Below, one piece after another: positions 1 to 12,577 of a stretch of DNA of 26,105 nt. Source of the stretch: Psammoneis japonica (taxonomy: Eukaryota); contig QPGO01000185.1 of assembly GCA_008632985.1 (NCBI GenBank), forward strand, positions 124,001 through 150,105, read 5' to 3'. The translations under genes were made by a program, and so were the position numbers. Within the stretch, counting starts at the first letter, position 1; the number at the start of each line of letters is the position of its first letter. The notes below the pieces were generated by a model. That model saw nothing but the letters and a program-made list of their open reading frames with translations, did not search any database and had not been told where the DNA came from.

Positions 1-1283
1 CTTGTTGCAACAGATGATAATGAAACCTCATGCTTGAATGCAATCTCTTCGAGTGTCTTTATCACCAACCGTTGATATCTCTGCCACGCTGTACCTTTTG
101 CATCTTCATGATTGCTGGCCCATTTCCGTTGCGTTGACTGAAGGTGCGCTCGTTCAGATGGGGTCATTTCCCATGGCATGGGTGGTTCGCGTTCTTTGTT
201 TAAATGACGTTCCGTCAGTAGTCCTCCACAGAGTGGACCAGACATCAAAAGCTTTCCTCCAAAGTCAGAGCAAATCTGTCTCATGTCGCGAGAGTATTCC
301 GTTGGATCAAGTAGGTTGCACGCTATTTGGAGACTATCAAAGTGGAACCCACAGTCTTCCGCTGATCGAACAAGACCTACCGGCATTTGTGAACCAGAAA
401 TTGAACGCACCAAGCCGTCTCGTTGAAGATCACTTAACATATCTAGAACGTCAAGGTGGTAATGAGAAGTGGGTAAATCTTGGGTATTCAGTCAACAATG
501 AGCACGGGTGAGAAACTTTGTACAATGATCAAACAACGCATCCATAGGATCATTACGCTTACATTTCAGTTGCACACTGTCGGCGCAGTCAGACCCCATT
601 CGATGCAAGGAACTGAGCAATGAGCGCCGAGCCGAAGAGACAGGGTCGATCGAGTCATTAGACGGCATTTGCAGTGGGACAACAAAATGACAATCACGCA
701 ACACTGACGGCGGAGTTTCATGTCGAAGTCGACCATACACATTCGCTTCTCCCCATTCTTGCAGGAGCACTGAAGATTCCATCTCATCCTCGGTACTGAT
801 CGCATCTGTCAATAGGTCAGATTTCAGCTGAAAGGTCGTCAAGCCAGAATCAATGAATTTTTGCATATCTTTCACGATACCATCTGGATCTAAAGTATAA
901 GATTCAGTTTCAGAAAATGATAAGCCTTGCTTTGTTAGATCAACCGCCACGGTGGAGAGACATGTTCGAACAGGATGGTATTGAGGAAGACCGAGAAGGC
1001 GGTATGCGTTGGGAGGGAGAGGGCCATCCGCATCAAGGGAACGTACACTGGGCACTTTCTGATCCGCAGAATTGTCGACTTTTTCTGTAACAGTGAACCA
1101 AAAGTTGGACTCCGATTTCAGGTGCACGGAACCGTCGGGTGCCACCTTTGTTTCTTCCTGGCTCTCGTGCAATCGGGATCGAGAAACACTCTTAGTTCTT
1201 CCAGGCCATGATGGGGAGAAGCCATCCCCTAAAGTCACGAAGAACCCAATCCCAGTACCAACCAGACAAATGTTAACTTTCAT
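1..1283 (-). CDS. Aldo/keto reductase-superfamily protein, probably plastid-targeted; 3' end beyond window. Exons 1283-563 and 478-<1
   Basis: ORF 492..1283 joined through a GTAAGC...CAAG intron (562-479) to an open frame reading YLPTSHYHLDVLDMLSDLQRDGLVRSISG...NLLDP...GPLCGGLLTERHL...KTLEEIAFKHEVSLSSVATR, an AKR C-terminal half pattern. N-terminus is hydrophobic, followed by GDG|FSPSW and an S/R-rich transit-like stretch. Confidence 0.75.
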
Positions 1284-1840
1284 TGGTACAGTATCACCTT
1301 TAGCAATGGATAAGCTCTTCTTTAGAGTCGCCGCCGCTCATCTTGTTGTTGACGATACTCTAATACAAGCAGATGAAGTTTTAAATAGAAGATTAAGGGA
1401 GCCTATGTAGAGCGGAAGGGAACAGCAGAGGGAGGCACGGAGGTAGCTGTAGAGACGGTAGAGTAGAAGGGTCGAAGGACGCAAGACGAAGGGCGTTTTG
1501 AGGAAGTAAGTTTCAATTTTATTTTCGCTAACAGATCTGAAAGAGCACACGAGACCATGCCTGATTCACGCTTCGAACATTGCACGTCATTTTTGCGTCA
1601 CGCCAAAATTTTCGAAAAAGCAAAATTCCCTCCGACGACAGTGAAGAAAGGAAGAGCGTCGCCAATGGTAAAAGGCCGTATGAAATACTGTAGCCGCAAG
1701 GGACCCCCACACTACTAGTAAAACCCTACCATCGGTCACTTGCTCCTTTTGCACCAGATCTCGAATTCCTGGAGTCAGTCAGAAGCTCTGACGACGAAGC
1801 GTAGATCCATCCTCAATCCAGGGGGGCGACTTCCGACACG

Positions 1841-3246
1841 ATGAAAACTTCCGATGAGGGAGCTTGGGATAGTTGGCATGAGAATGATGGGAAATCTCAG
1901 TATGGTGGTCGTGATGTGAAAGGATACGCCAACGCTCCGCCTCATGTAAAATGGCCGGGTGGGGCGAAGGTTGGTAGGTAACTGTTGGTGTCTGGCAGCC
2001 GTTGCCGTTGCACATTTCTGGCTCGATTGCCCTTATCATATCTTTTCATGGGTCGCGTTATGCATTTGATCCAGCCTTAAATTTTGTCTTGAATTATGAG
2101 GAAGGAGGCGAAAAGTGTCTTCTTCATGGTGACGATGAGAGTGAAAAGCTTCTCTCGGAAATTGTGGGCGCATCAGCTTATGGTAAATAGGAGAGTGTCT
2201 CTTTTCTTGTTTAGTGCAGCGCGTTTCTCATTCTGTTTCATGTTTTGGCGGTGTTAGTTGGGCAGCGCCATGGTACGTCTATTTTGCTGCACTGTGGTGC
2301 TTTCAGGTTTCCAATCCATTCTAATGCAAATACTTTGAATTCCCAACAGCCAACATGGAAAGCCTCTATGATTATGGATCGCGAGCTGGATTTTGGAGAC
2401 TTCATAGGTTGCTTACTCAGAAAGATGTAACTTGCACGGTTTTTGGAGTTGGAATGGCCCTCGAAAGGAATCCGGATGCTTGCAATGCTATGGTCGAGGC
2501 GGGTTGGGAGGTAGCTAGTCACGGCTATCGCTGGGTGGACTACCAAAACGTTGATGAAAAAACCGAACGTGAGCACATCAAGAGGACAATCGACATCCAC
2601 GAGAGGCTTATTGGAAAACGACCTGTAGGAATGTACCAAGGCAAGGTGAGCTAAATGCCATATCAGCAAGTAGTCGTAAGAAGCTGATGACGTTAACACA
2701 ATCTGGTGCAGCCGAATGTAAACACCAGGAAGTTTGTGGTTGAAGAGGGTGGATTTCTTTATGATTCGGATGCTTATGACGACGACTTGCCCCACTGGTC
2801 GCTTGAGCATGGTGATTCTCCTCACCTCATCATTCCATACACGTTGAGTGAAAACGATATGAGGTTCGCGATCCCGAATGGGTTCTCCACCGGAAGAGAT
2901 TTTTCAACTTATCTTCAAGACAGTCTCAAGTAAGTAGGTGGATCATCGTCTTCTTATCATCTCGCTTTCTTTGTCGAATCCGTACCTGTTACGCTTACAC
3001 ACGCCCTTTAACTCATCTAGGTACCTTGTTGAAGAAGGAAAGAATGGTAGCCCGAAAATGATGAGTGTAGGGCTCCATTGTCGTTTGGTTGGGCGTCCTG
3101 GAAGAGCTGCTGGACTCGCGGAGTTCATTGATTTTGCAAAGAACTACGGTGATGACGTATGGATTTGCACGAGGGAAGACATTGCTAAGTACTGGCACGA
3201 GCACTACCATCCTACAAAGTCACCGTGTGCTGCGACGACTGGGTAA
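1841..3246 (+). CDS. puuE: PuuE-type allantoinase (polysaccharide deacetylase family). Exons 1841-1973, 2075-2182, 2258-2272, 2350-2645, 2712-2929, 3021-3246
   Basis: Spliced product has PPHVKWPGGAKVALNFVLNYEEGGE, VGQRHANMESLYDYGSRAGFWRL, WEVASHGYRW, YDSDAYDDDLP, IIPYTL..NDMRF and PKMMSVGLHCRLVGRPGR, which are PuuE-family motifs. All five introns are GT-AG and phase-consistent. Confidence 0.9.
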
Positions 3247-3299
3247 AGTACCGCGGACAATTCGAAACCACGAACTATAAACAGTAAGAAGCGGTTTCT

Positions 3300-6200
3300 C
3301 TACGTCAATTCGAATCCAGCTCCCGACTCTATCGCATACAGCAGTCGTTCTCGCATTATCTTTTCGCTGCTGTAGGAAGGCAGCTTTAACGTGTTGAAGC
3401 ATGTACTGGCAGTCGGTAGCTTGTCACCGTCACTGATTATTCCCACCCTCTGGATCGTGAATGGGGGGTTCATGCTGGCAAACCCGAGAGGTGGTGGCCG
3501 TTCACAACTTGTCACAAAACGAAGGAGATCTGCCTGTTGCTTAGTAGAAAACGTCGAGACCACCTTCCAGAACCGATTGATGTTCCGATCAATCCCGGTG
3601 AAGCCAATATACCGCGTATTCGAGCGCATGTCTGCAATGTCAATTGTTCCGTCCGAAGACCCACTTATCAGTACCTGTAGCTCCGGTTCATTGAACAAAC
3701 ACAACCATTCTTTGTCGATCACATCCCACAAGCCTCTTGTAAACGCCTCTGACTGCTCCCTGAGACGATCACAGACATGATGTTTTGCGACAAGACCTGA
3801 CGAAAAGAAAGGCGAAAAGATGAATCATGATCGGGAAAAGAACATACGATACAAACATATCGAAGATATTACCGATGTATCGCTGTTTGTTTTCATTGGT
3901 GACCTCAACGTCCCCTCCCTTTGGAATTAGAGGAACCTCCACGGTCTTGCCAAAATCCGCAATAGCTACAGTAAATGTCAAAGACAAGTCTCTTGCATCG
4001 CCATCGTACGTTTTGAGAAACATCAAATTGTTGTAGAGTTGTGGGTCCATCGTACTGAGATCCGAAAGCATGTGAAGATAGTTGTAATCACCTCGGAGAA
4101 AGGAAAGAAAGACGTGAGCAAACTGTGGGTGAATGGTGATTCCTTCGTAAAGAGCTTTACCCAAGATGCGTCCGAGGAATTCAAACAGCGTTATGTGATC
4201 AGGGCCATGTGCTGCACTAGATGATGGATTTGGATACAGACAATTTCCGGCTCCCTCGGTGACTCGGAACAACGCATAGTTGGGGTCGAAAGCAAGCTCG
4301 CTCAGGTCAGTCCAGAATTCCTTGAACAAGCCTCCTGCATCAACACCAACTTCCTTTGCACCGGCTTCATTCACATATTGAACTATAATTCGCTGTCTGA
4401 GATTTCGGCCAAGCTTGTTCAGCGTAGCGAGGCCATCCTCGAGAACTCTTCCTCTAACAATGCGCACCGAAAGTCCGGGCTTCTGTGAGAAGAACTCAGC
4501 ACTACCTTGTACATTAAGCCGATTCGTCGCAACGATTCGTTCAAACAGCTTAAGCCTTCGCTTAAATGAAACAAGAAATGGGCAAACCCTGAGAACGGGG
4601 TTTGAAAGCAAAGCCACATATGACTCGTGACTTTTGCACCGCCGGATCTCTTTATCGAGCAAGTCGTTCACTATCCATAGTTTCGGTACACAAAGTGGCC
4701 GACGACTTGACCGATCATAAAGATCTCGCATTGTCCTTGACGACGACGATGTCAACGCAAGGCCGAAATAATTAGGAACCTGATTGGTCTTCGCGGCCGC
4801 TGACGAACCGATCGAGTCAGCGTAGCAGGCTTTCTTCAGAAGCTTCTTAAGAACGCGGATACAACGACGGAGCTGATGGAGTGGTAGAGGATTATCTAGC
4901 TCGTGTATCTCAACGTCGTCGGTTACGATGAGTACGTGTGACAACGATCTCACGAACAGGTACAAGAGAGCAGCACCACTTCCTTGCTCAGCTCGTCCCC
5001 TCTGACTGCACTCGGTGAATTTAGGCACGACATTTGTCGAGCTGACCAAGCTACCGTTTCAAAAGAAGACAGAAAGACTTTCAGAAAGGAGAAATCGAAA
5101 TAACAAGCGTCCACCCAAATACACGTACCTTTCATCAGAATCAATGAGAGCAAAAATGTCGGCCGCGATTGATTTATCAGACTGAATTATACCCCAAGAC
5201 GAGGACACGACGTTTGTTGAAAAACAGATTGCGTTTAAGAGGGAGAGGGTGCAAGGATCTGCCGACGGAGACACTTTGTCCTTCTGATACCTCTCGTTAC
5301 TTGATTTCCCAGACGAAAGCTTCGCAATGTCTTTGCCCCCTCCGCCCCATCGTGCCAACACGATGCCATACGTGCGAGCAAGTGCAACAAACAGATTTAG
5401 ACTGTAAGTCATGGGACGTGGTCTTTCCGCAGCAGCAGTGCTGACTTCCAATTTTGCATTCCTGCTTGCCGAAACGGCATCCGCTAACTGACGATCGAGT
5501 TTGCCGTCGCCACGAGCGAGCTTCAGAGATACAGACGAAGTATTCACCAATCCTTCTTTCGGTTGAGAATTGGGTTTTCGATTCACGTTATCTCCTGTAA
5601 GCATTTTACTCTAATTGACGGAGGTTAGGGTGAGGGTAGGGTTGATCATGATAGGTCATGGATGATGAATGGCATCAGATGTGGATAACGTACCATGCTG
5701 GTCGATAGCTTGCGGGCCCATTTGCTGCTTTGCCAGAATCCTTTTGTGCGGTCCATCTTTGCTTCTTTTGCTGCAAGGTTCGTGGCAGAAGCCGTACCAG
5801 CGTCGTTGAGGGCTTTTTCATCCTTCAAATCGCTGTCATTCTTCGTTGACAACACGCGATCTGTATCCAGTGAAATGTCGTCGATCGCCGCATTAAAAAG
5901 GTTTCGAACATATGAATCAACCAGCAAGAGCTTACACTGATCGATTATGACTGGAGATAGCACGATCGGTGAGTGGTGAGCTTTTCCGTCTGAAACCCAT
6001 TCCACTGACGTTTCTTTCGACGACAATGTTGAAAGCGGAACAACGTCAACCAATGTTGCAATCACGTTGAAAAACAACGAACCAGCTTCAAGAACAAAAT
6101 ACAGACGATACAGGATTGGTCAATAAATCTGAACAATTACCAACCTCCACGCAACAACAGCGGAGAGACAAAGAACTTACCTGTATAGTCAACTTTGGTC

Positions 6201-7633
6201 GGGTCCGAGCCATTGATCGAAGGACAAATTCTACCTATCTGTAACAAGTTGGCCAACATAACCTGCACGTTCACAGCAGGACTTCGTCGAATATCCAAGA
6301 CCGGCAATAGATGAGCGACCTCCCCCGTAGACAAGGCAGTCGAGTGCCGCGCAACAAATGACTGCAGTAGGCAAATGAATACCAAAGACCCGAAAGACGC
6401 TACTGGCTTGGTAGCAAAGCCAGAAGGGGCGACAGCAAGTAGCTTAGAGACAGAATCAGAGGTCACCTTCCATGAGAGTAAGGGGACTGTGAATATCTCA
6501 GCAACAAATCGGGACTGGAGAGCCTGGAAATCAGATGTTGAATGTCTGGTTAGCACTGCATCAAGGGTCAGCTGAAACAGCACATCTGCCCGCTCTCGTT
6601 CTTTTTGGGGAATACAAGCTTCTCTCATCCTTTCAGCGCTTGGTGGAATTGGATCAGAATGCCCAACATGAAAGAGTAGGTGATTCCGGAGTTCATGAAT
6701 CAAATCCAGAGATTTTCCGATGGCAAGGTTCTCCGGTTCCACACCCGTAGATCCGCCACTCTCCAATCTTTGTGTTTCGGGAAGAAACAGGGATCGACAC
6801 GGTCGGACGACATCATCAGACACCCCTCCGTTGAGACCAAGCACAGCACGCAAAAACGTTTGAACTGCCCCCAACGCGTCATTCGTAGCACCACGAGTAG
6901 TAGCAACGACTAGAGAGAACCGCAAAAGTCTCAGCAGACGGACTCGTCCGTCTGGGGAAGTCAGCCATGGAAGGATGGGGTCCAGATGACTATCCTTGTT
7001 CAGCAAGCCCGGCAAAAGAACATAGCTAAAGAGCTGATAGACAGTACGCATATCTTCTTCTCCTCGTAAACGAAATTCGTCAGTATCGCCTTTGCGCCCG
7101 AGGGGAATGGTTCTCGCGACGAAAAGTAGCTGCCTCACAAGGGCACTAGCGGTGGCAGGCGGTGGGACATAATCTGCCTGATTTCCAGCTTTCTTCAGCA
7201 AGGCTCGAAGAGTAACCAAGTCTGCAAGACACCTGTTCAGCACAGAACGCTGTTGCTCTTGCAGAATACGATTCGATCTGCGAGCCCGAAACAACGATTG
7301 AATGACAACGACGCAACGCTGCTGATGCTGAAGCTCTTGACGAAGCCGTCGTTTCTCCAGTGTGACCGCTACAGACGCTTTTTTAGACGTATCGGAAGGC
7401 AGAGATGACACAAACGGTGCAGCGGAGCCAGCGATACCATCAGAAGTAGGGGCACTTGCGATCTTCGAAGAACTCTCCGATGCTTTCTTTTCCGTCACTA
7501 CAGTTGCTGCGCCGACAGACCCTCTCTGGCTAGAGACGCTTTGTCGCTGACGCTCCTTAATCTGTCTTCTTCTTTCTTTTGCTCTGTCCTGTCTTTTCTT
7601 AGAAGCATTTCCCGAAAGCTCTTCAGCGAACAT
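3300..7633 (-). CDS. HECT E3 ubiquitin ligase with N-terminal IQ motif (UBE3B/UBE3C, UPL6/7-like). Exons 7633-6181, 6085-5694, 5610-5129, 5050-3873, 3796-3300
   Basis: IQ-like VIQSLFRARRSNR. HECT motifs GVDAGGLFKEF, FEFLGRILGKALYEGI, LLRFVTSCERPPPLGF, catalytic LPTASTCFNTLKLP and terminal GAGFELT. Four phase-consistent GT-AG introns. Confidence 0.93.
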
Positions 7634-7790
7634 GGTGTCTTGATCTTGCCCGGAGCTAATGCCGTCGTGCCTTTGATCGTTTTATGTCGACTACCGGAGC
7701 GCCGCGCTGGAAAAAACAAGCAAGGAAAAAAGAAGAAAACAGATCGATCTCAACCGTGTAGGGGCGGGGACAGACCACGACGCCGATTTC

Positions 7791-7990
7791 TACTAGACGT
7801 AGACCTACCGTATCTATCTAGAGGGCCCTGCTGCTACTCTACTCTCTACTACTACTCTACTCTAGAGAGAGCTCTAGCTACAGTAGAGTAGAGAGCTACA
7901 TAGCGGTAGATGGAAGTAGAGAGGGCCTAAAAGCTACCGGTAGAGTAAGAGTAGGGACAACCAGCTCTAGATAGAGCTAGAGTGCGCGAC
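7791..7990. repeat. CTA/TAG-rich low-complexity, imperfectly palindromic intergenic tract upstream of the HECT gene
   Basis: Runs of ctactctac then gtagagtagag around ctagagagagctctag. About 30 TpA in 7791-7980 (hand count). Confidence 0.7.
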
Positions 7991-8050
7991 TATTCTACCT
8001 CATTTCATTCATCGAATAAATCCAAGTTAGTGTCAGTTAGCGAGATATGG

Positions 8051-8087
8051 TCTCTCTCTCTCTCTCGCTAGAAAGAGAAGGAGAGAG
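8051..8087. repeat. (TC)8 microsatellite followed by a GA-rich arm (imperfect inverted repeat)
   Basis: tctctctctctctctc-gcta-gaaagagaaggagagag. Confidence 0.6.
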
Positions 8088-8358
8088 CGACATTAAAAGC
8101 TTAGCGAACTGATCAATGCTGTAGCTTGAGCTTTCAACGTCCCTATCCGCCCAGCACAGGTTCGTCACTCAAAACCCGAACTTGAAGTATTGTAGTATGC
8201 CGGTGGCAATGTGACGCGGTAAAAGAAAAGGCGTGTGGAGGACAACCACCGCAGAATCGTCCTTGCCAAAACAACAAACGTACGAATGGAGTCAGATTAT
8301 GGGTTCGACTTCGCCGAAAACTTTGATCCAGCGGGGACTATGTCTTGGTGAACGAGAT

Positions 8359-11300
8359 CTATTGATACCCGTTCATACTCCTCTGAAGCCAGTCGTACGT
8401 CGACGTGCCCCAGCTGCTCACTGTGGATGCCGAAAGACAAACGCACGTCAGAATGTGTGAAGTTGGAGTCGAAAAACATGGCGCCAGCAAATCTGAGCCA
8501 GGATATCATACTTACATGCTCCGTTGACGAGCTCCATTACAAAGCTTTTCTGTTCCACAGAATTGGGCTGACCTCGCATGGCCAACCTCGATCTCACGTC
8601 ATTCGCAATCGACCTCGCTTCATCGGGATCCCGAGTAAGATTCAAGACCGCCCCTTCTACCAAGCTTACAATCTCTTCGACATGGGACGCTGCACAGGCA
8701 AAAGCAATTTCAAACATTTTACAGAATTGAACGCCGAGTCCACCGTCGTTCACATTCCAGCCTCCAAGTACGTCCCAAAATTCGGCACTCATTTTGAATG
8801 GCGCTCTCTCACTGAATAAAGGTACCTTACTCATCTTTGGTGTATCACCCAGAACGAAACCAAAGTCAATATGCATGAGATGCCCTTCTCTATCGATCAA
8901 AATGTTTGCATTGTGTCTGTCTTTGATTTGCAAAACGTAGGAAACAAGGCTGTATCCAACAAGCGAACGAAGAAAGTTATCCTGGGCAACTTCAAACGTC
9001 ACAGTTTTGTCGCCCATCGTTGCTCCGTCTTGAATATTATTTGGGGGCCGCGGTGCGTGACGTTGTTGTGGAGGCGCATTCCGCATCATAGGTTGAGAAA
9101 GTCTGGGAAGCCGGGTAGGTGATCCGTAGGCGCGCTCAAAATAGTCACGGAGCGACACAAAGCCGTCTGTTAGCTTCTTTACTTCGTCCACGCTTTTTGC
9201 GTCGTTGATGCATTCCAACAGTCCGGCATCACCACCAACGCACATGATTCTGTACGGACGCAGGAATGGGCGACTATGCTCAGGGATATCTGACTGAAAC
9301 CATTCATTCATTTTTGTGATAAGTTGCATGACCAGCGCCTCGCGACGAATATCTTCCCCAGCTTTCGTTATGAAGGATGCCATTCTCCACCCAGTCACGT
9401 TTCCGTATGGAGATGCTTGTCGTACCTGCTTACATTTTTCCGACCAGGGAACTCCAAAAATTCTGTCTAGCAACGCCGCTTTCATTGTGAGCTGCGGTCT
9501 GGGAGGCCAACAAGGAACACGAACTATGTTAGCCAACATATTTTCAACATAAACGAGAGCAAGCGCCAATGAGGAGACGATGAAACATACCTTTGTGCAC
9601 TGGACTGCTGCCAACCACTGGTAAGATAGGGTCGATGCTGTTGGAAACTCATTTGTTGATGGAGCTGCTCGTACTCCTGCTGCCTCACAATATCATATGG
9701 ATTCGTGTACATGTAGTCAGAAGCCCCGGAATTGTAGAAAGCCTCGTCATCGGCCCACCCACCCCGTACGCTATTTCTGTCCGAAATGCTCATTGAGCCG
9801 GGGGCGTCGCCGGCGTCGTTTTCCGCTTCATTGTCAACGTCAATGACAGTCCGTGGAGACACTGGGATTGCACTTGCACGCCGTTCTTTCGTAGCGGGTG
9901 CCGCCATCAGCTCAGAAGGAATCTGACAGCCGGGAAACCCGGTGTAAGGCGTATTGGAATCCTCATCAACAGCTGATGCATCGGAAACCATTCCTAGCGC
10001 CTCTTCTATTGTTGTGCCAAGGTCTCGACTGCCACCCGCGTATAGTCTAGCGTCGCTGCCATCGAGTCCTGTTTCAGCCAGTTCCAACTGTATCAGATAC
10101 GGGCAACGTTCGCGAGAAGCAAGGATTCGACATTCAGAGACGACAATATTTAGCACTCTCATGACACCAGCTCTACCCAGAGTGTCGTCGGAGCCTTCTG
10201 GTGTAGACTCATCGTCTCCCGTATGAAATGGGCACTAACAGTTCATCGGACAAGAGAAGATTGTAAGCTAAATCGGGAACAAGGAGACAAGAGCCACGCT
10301 GTGAAATTCTTGTTCCTTACCAAAGGTTCGAGTGGGAGATGAACGGAATATTTCAACATGTCGACAGTCAAGTCCGACACTTCTGGCCAGTCATATGGAC
10401 CTCTATTGTCTTCGACATCAAGACTGACGTCTCCAGCGGTTACCATTCGTCTCCGTAGACGACGATTCATTTCAGCTAATGCTTCTGCCAGGTAGGTCTA
10501 AACGAAAAAGTAATAATGCAGATAAGTTAGAGAAAAAGGACTAGACGAGAGCAATTGTCATGTAAAAAGGACTTTACCTCTCTCTGCAGATTTGGAACCA
10601 AGCGTAAATCTAGAGAGATTTGTGTAAGTCGATCAATAAAATGCATCGTGTCTCCAAAATGACTACATCGACGCATGCTCAGGCTGGACGGCAGTCTCGG
10701 CGGTGACGGTTCTGCATCGTACATTGCTGGATGATCCATATCTGGCAACAAGTAGCCATAAGCTGTAGCCTGTTCGGCATCCTGTAGCAAATGAAAAGCG
10801 CCCTGTTTCTCCATGCCAATCTTGGCCAACGCTACTGCTCTTTCGGCGGGCAAGACCACAATTAATCTCTTTCCCGTTTGTTGTCGGTGCTCAAAGAGAG
10901 TTTTCCATGCCCTGCCAACCTCAGCCTCAAGCAGCCAGCACAGATCAATCCCAAAGCTAGCATCCTGTAGACATCTTGTCAATATCAGTCGGCGGAGTTT
11001 CCGTATTGGATCCAAGCCTTGCACCTGTGTGAGTGCAGGTGGCGAATGCAACACGGCAGACACAATCTGAGGCAAGTACTCCCGTAGCTGCAACACCATA
11101 TGTTGCGCTTCTTTTGCTTCCTTTGCCATTGCACCAGTTGTTTCCTCTATTCTATCATTTTCACTTTGAGTCGGCATCGGTTCTTCCCCTAGAGACTCCG
11201 GTATCTTCTGAGAAGGCGGAACAACATCGGTGCCGTCCTCGGATATGACCAACGTGGCTTCCTCTTCAGAGCGTTGTTCCTCTAAATCATTCATGGTGTC

Positions 11301-11819
11301 TTCCTCCATCTTTGTTGCTTCACCAAATAGCCGAACAATTTCCACGTCGGTTTCTAAGTACGGGTCTTCGTCATCATCGTCTTCGTATTCTGATTCGTGC
11401 AAAAGCCGTTTTCGTCGTTGACACAAGGCGGCAAACCGTTGGAGTGTGTTGTCGGATTTGCTCAATTGATGATTTAACTGTTGAATCAATTCTATTCGAA
11501 GGGCATCCATTGCTAGCAAGCGCTGAGTTCCCGGAGGGTAAGATAAAATTCCTCTTAAACACTCGTCTCTCCATTCTTCCTCCTCGTCCCTGTAATGATG
11601 AAAAGTACCGCTTGTTTCTGCGGATTGAGTCGCCGAAGGATCCTGAGGGGAATTAGACAAAGGCGGCGGATGAGGTGGCTGATGCTGCATGTGATGCTGT
11701 TGGTATTGATGTTGTTGTTGTATTAAGGGTGTGTAAGGTAAACTTTGTATTTCAGCGCGATCACGAACAAGATTGCAGAGATAGAGCCATCGCATCAAGA
11801 AGCTTGTGACATCAAACAT
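8359..11819 (-). CDS. Phosphatidylinositol 4-kinase (type III beta-like). Exons 11819 (or 11690)-10578, 10497-10321, 10234-9591, 9498-8516, 8420-8359
   Basis: Helical-domain EYLPQIV...LCWLLEAE, then ILASRERCPYLI, ITKAGEDIRREALVMQLI, YVLQIKDRHNANILID, HIDFGF, ERAPFKM. The last exon gives the typical C-terminus SWGTSTYDWLQRSMNGYQ*. Start codon is uncertain. Confidence 0.9.
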
Positions 11820-12073
11820 TTTGTTCCCTTGATTTTTTTCTATTCATCGGAATAAGTCACAAATTTAGCTAAACAAATTTCCGCTTATCCAGAAAGAGCA
11901 GCTAGAGCCTTGACGTTGAGAGCTAATGGTGGAGAACAGTGGAGTCGCCGCCAGGATGCCAACAACATGTTCCATGTTGTGAATCGCGTTGGCATCAGGA
12001 AACGAAGAAGAGAAACAGAGACGTCTCGCACGTGAGACGCAAGGACCGACACGTGGAAGAGTGAACGAACCAG

Positions 12074-12151
12074 TGACGTCATCAAAGGCTTATTAAATTA
12101 TCAAGCCTTTAAGGCATAATAAATGCGCGCCCAAAAATATAACCGCCAAAA
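12074..12151. promoter_or_regulatory. Divergent PI4K/Wee1 promoter region with TGACGTCA palindrome and E2F-like sites
   Basis: TGACGTCA at 12074-12081. GCGCGCCCAAAAA at 12125-12137. CCGCCAAAA (reverse complement TTTTGGCGG) at 12143-12151. Motif matches only. Confidence 0.3.
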
Positions 12152-12577
12152 CGCTATCCGGTATTGAACAATACCAATATATATATTTGTACTCATAAAC
12201 ATCTATTTTCCCAACGACTATGCGTCGAAAAGTGCAACGATTTCAAATTTCCAGTACCGATTTCTAGTAGAAAATCTCGTAGAAATGCTCACAGAGGATT
12301 TCTTCCCGCCTTTTGTTCGCAATGCTCAACCGTCAAAAACACACACGTCGGTGCGATTTCTGAAGATCGGACGAGAAGGTGTGTTATCAAGTCAACCAAG
12401 AGCAGTGACGTTTCAGCAGCTAGAGACGAGACTTACAGGACATCAGCTGATAGCGTTCGTTGCTGGAGAGGTCGGGTATTAGTTTGCTTCGAGTTTCGGT
12501 CTCTTCGATAAGGCTCCAGAGTGATCATTGCACGAAACTCGAAGAGTCACGTACCGCAACAGCACTTTTCGAAAGGT

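Noticed and set aside
38..511. 157-aa plus-strand ORF
   Set aside because: Antisense shadow of AKR exon 2; no recognisable motifs.
1709..1730. CACTACTAGTAAAA (and CACTAGTAAAA near 18887) resembling CACTA transposon ends
   Set aside because: Same orientation, no matching inverted terminus, target-site duplication or transposase.
7791..7990. Possible CRISPR or telomeric array
   Set aside because: No constant repeat-spacer periodicity and no tandem TTAGGG-type units.
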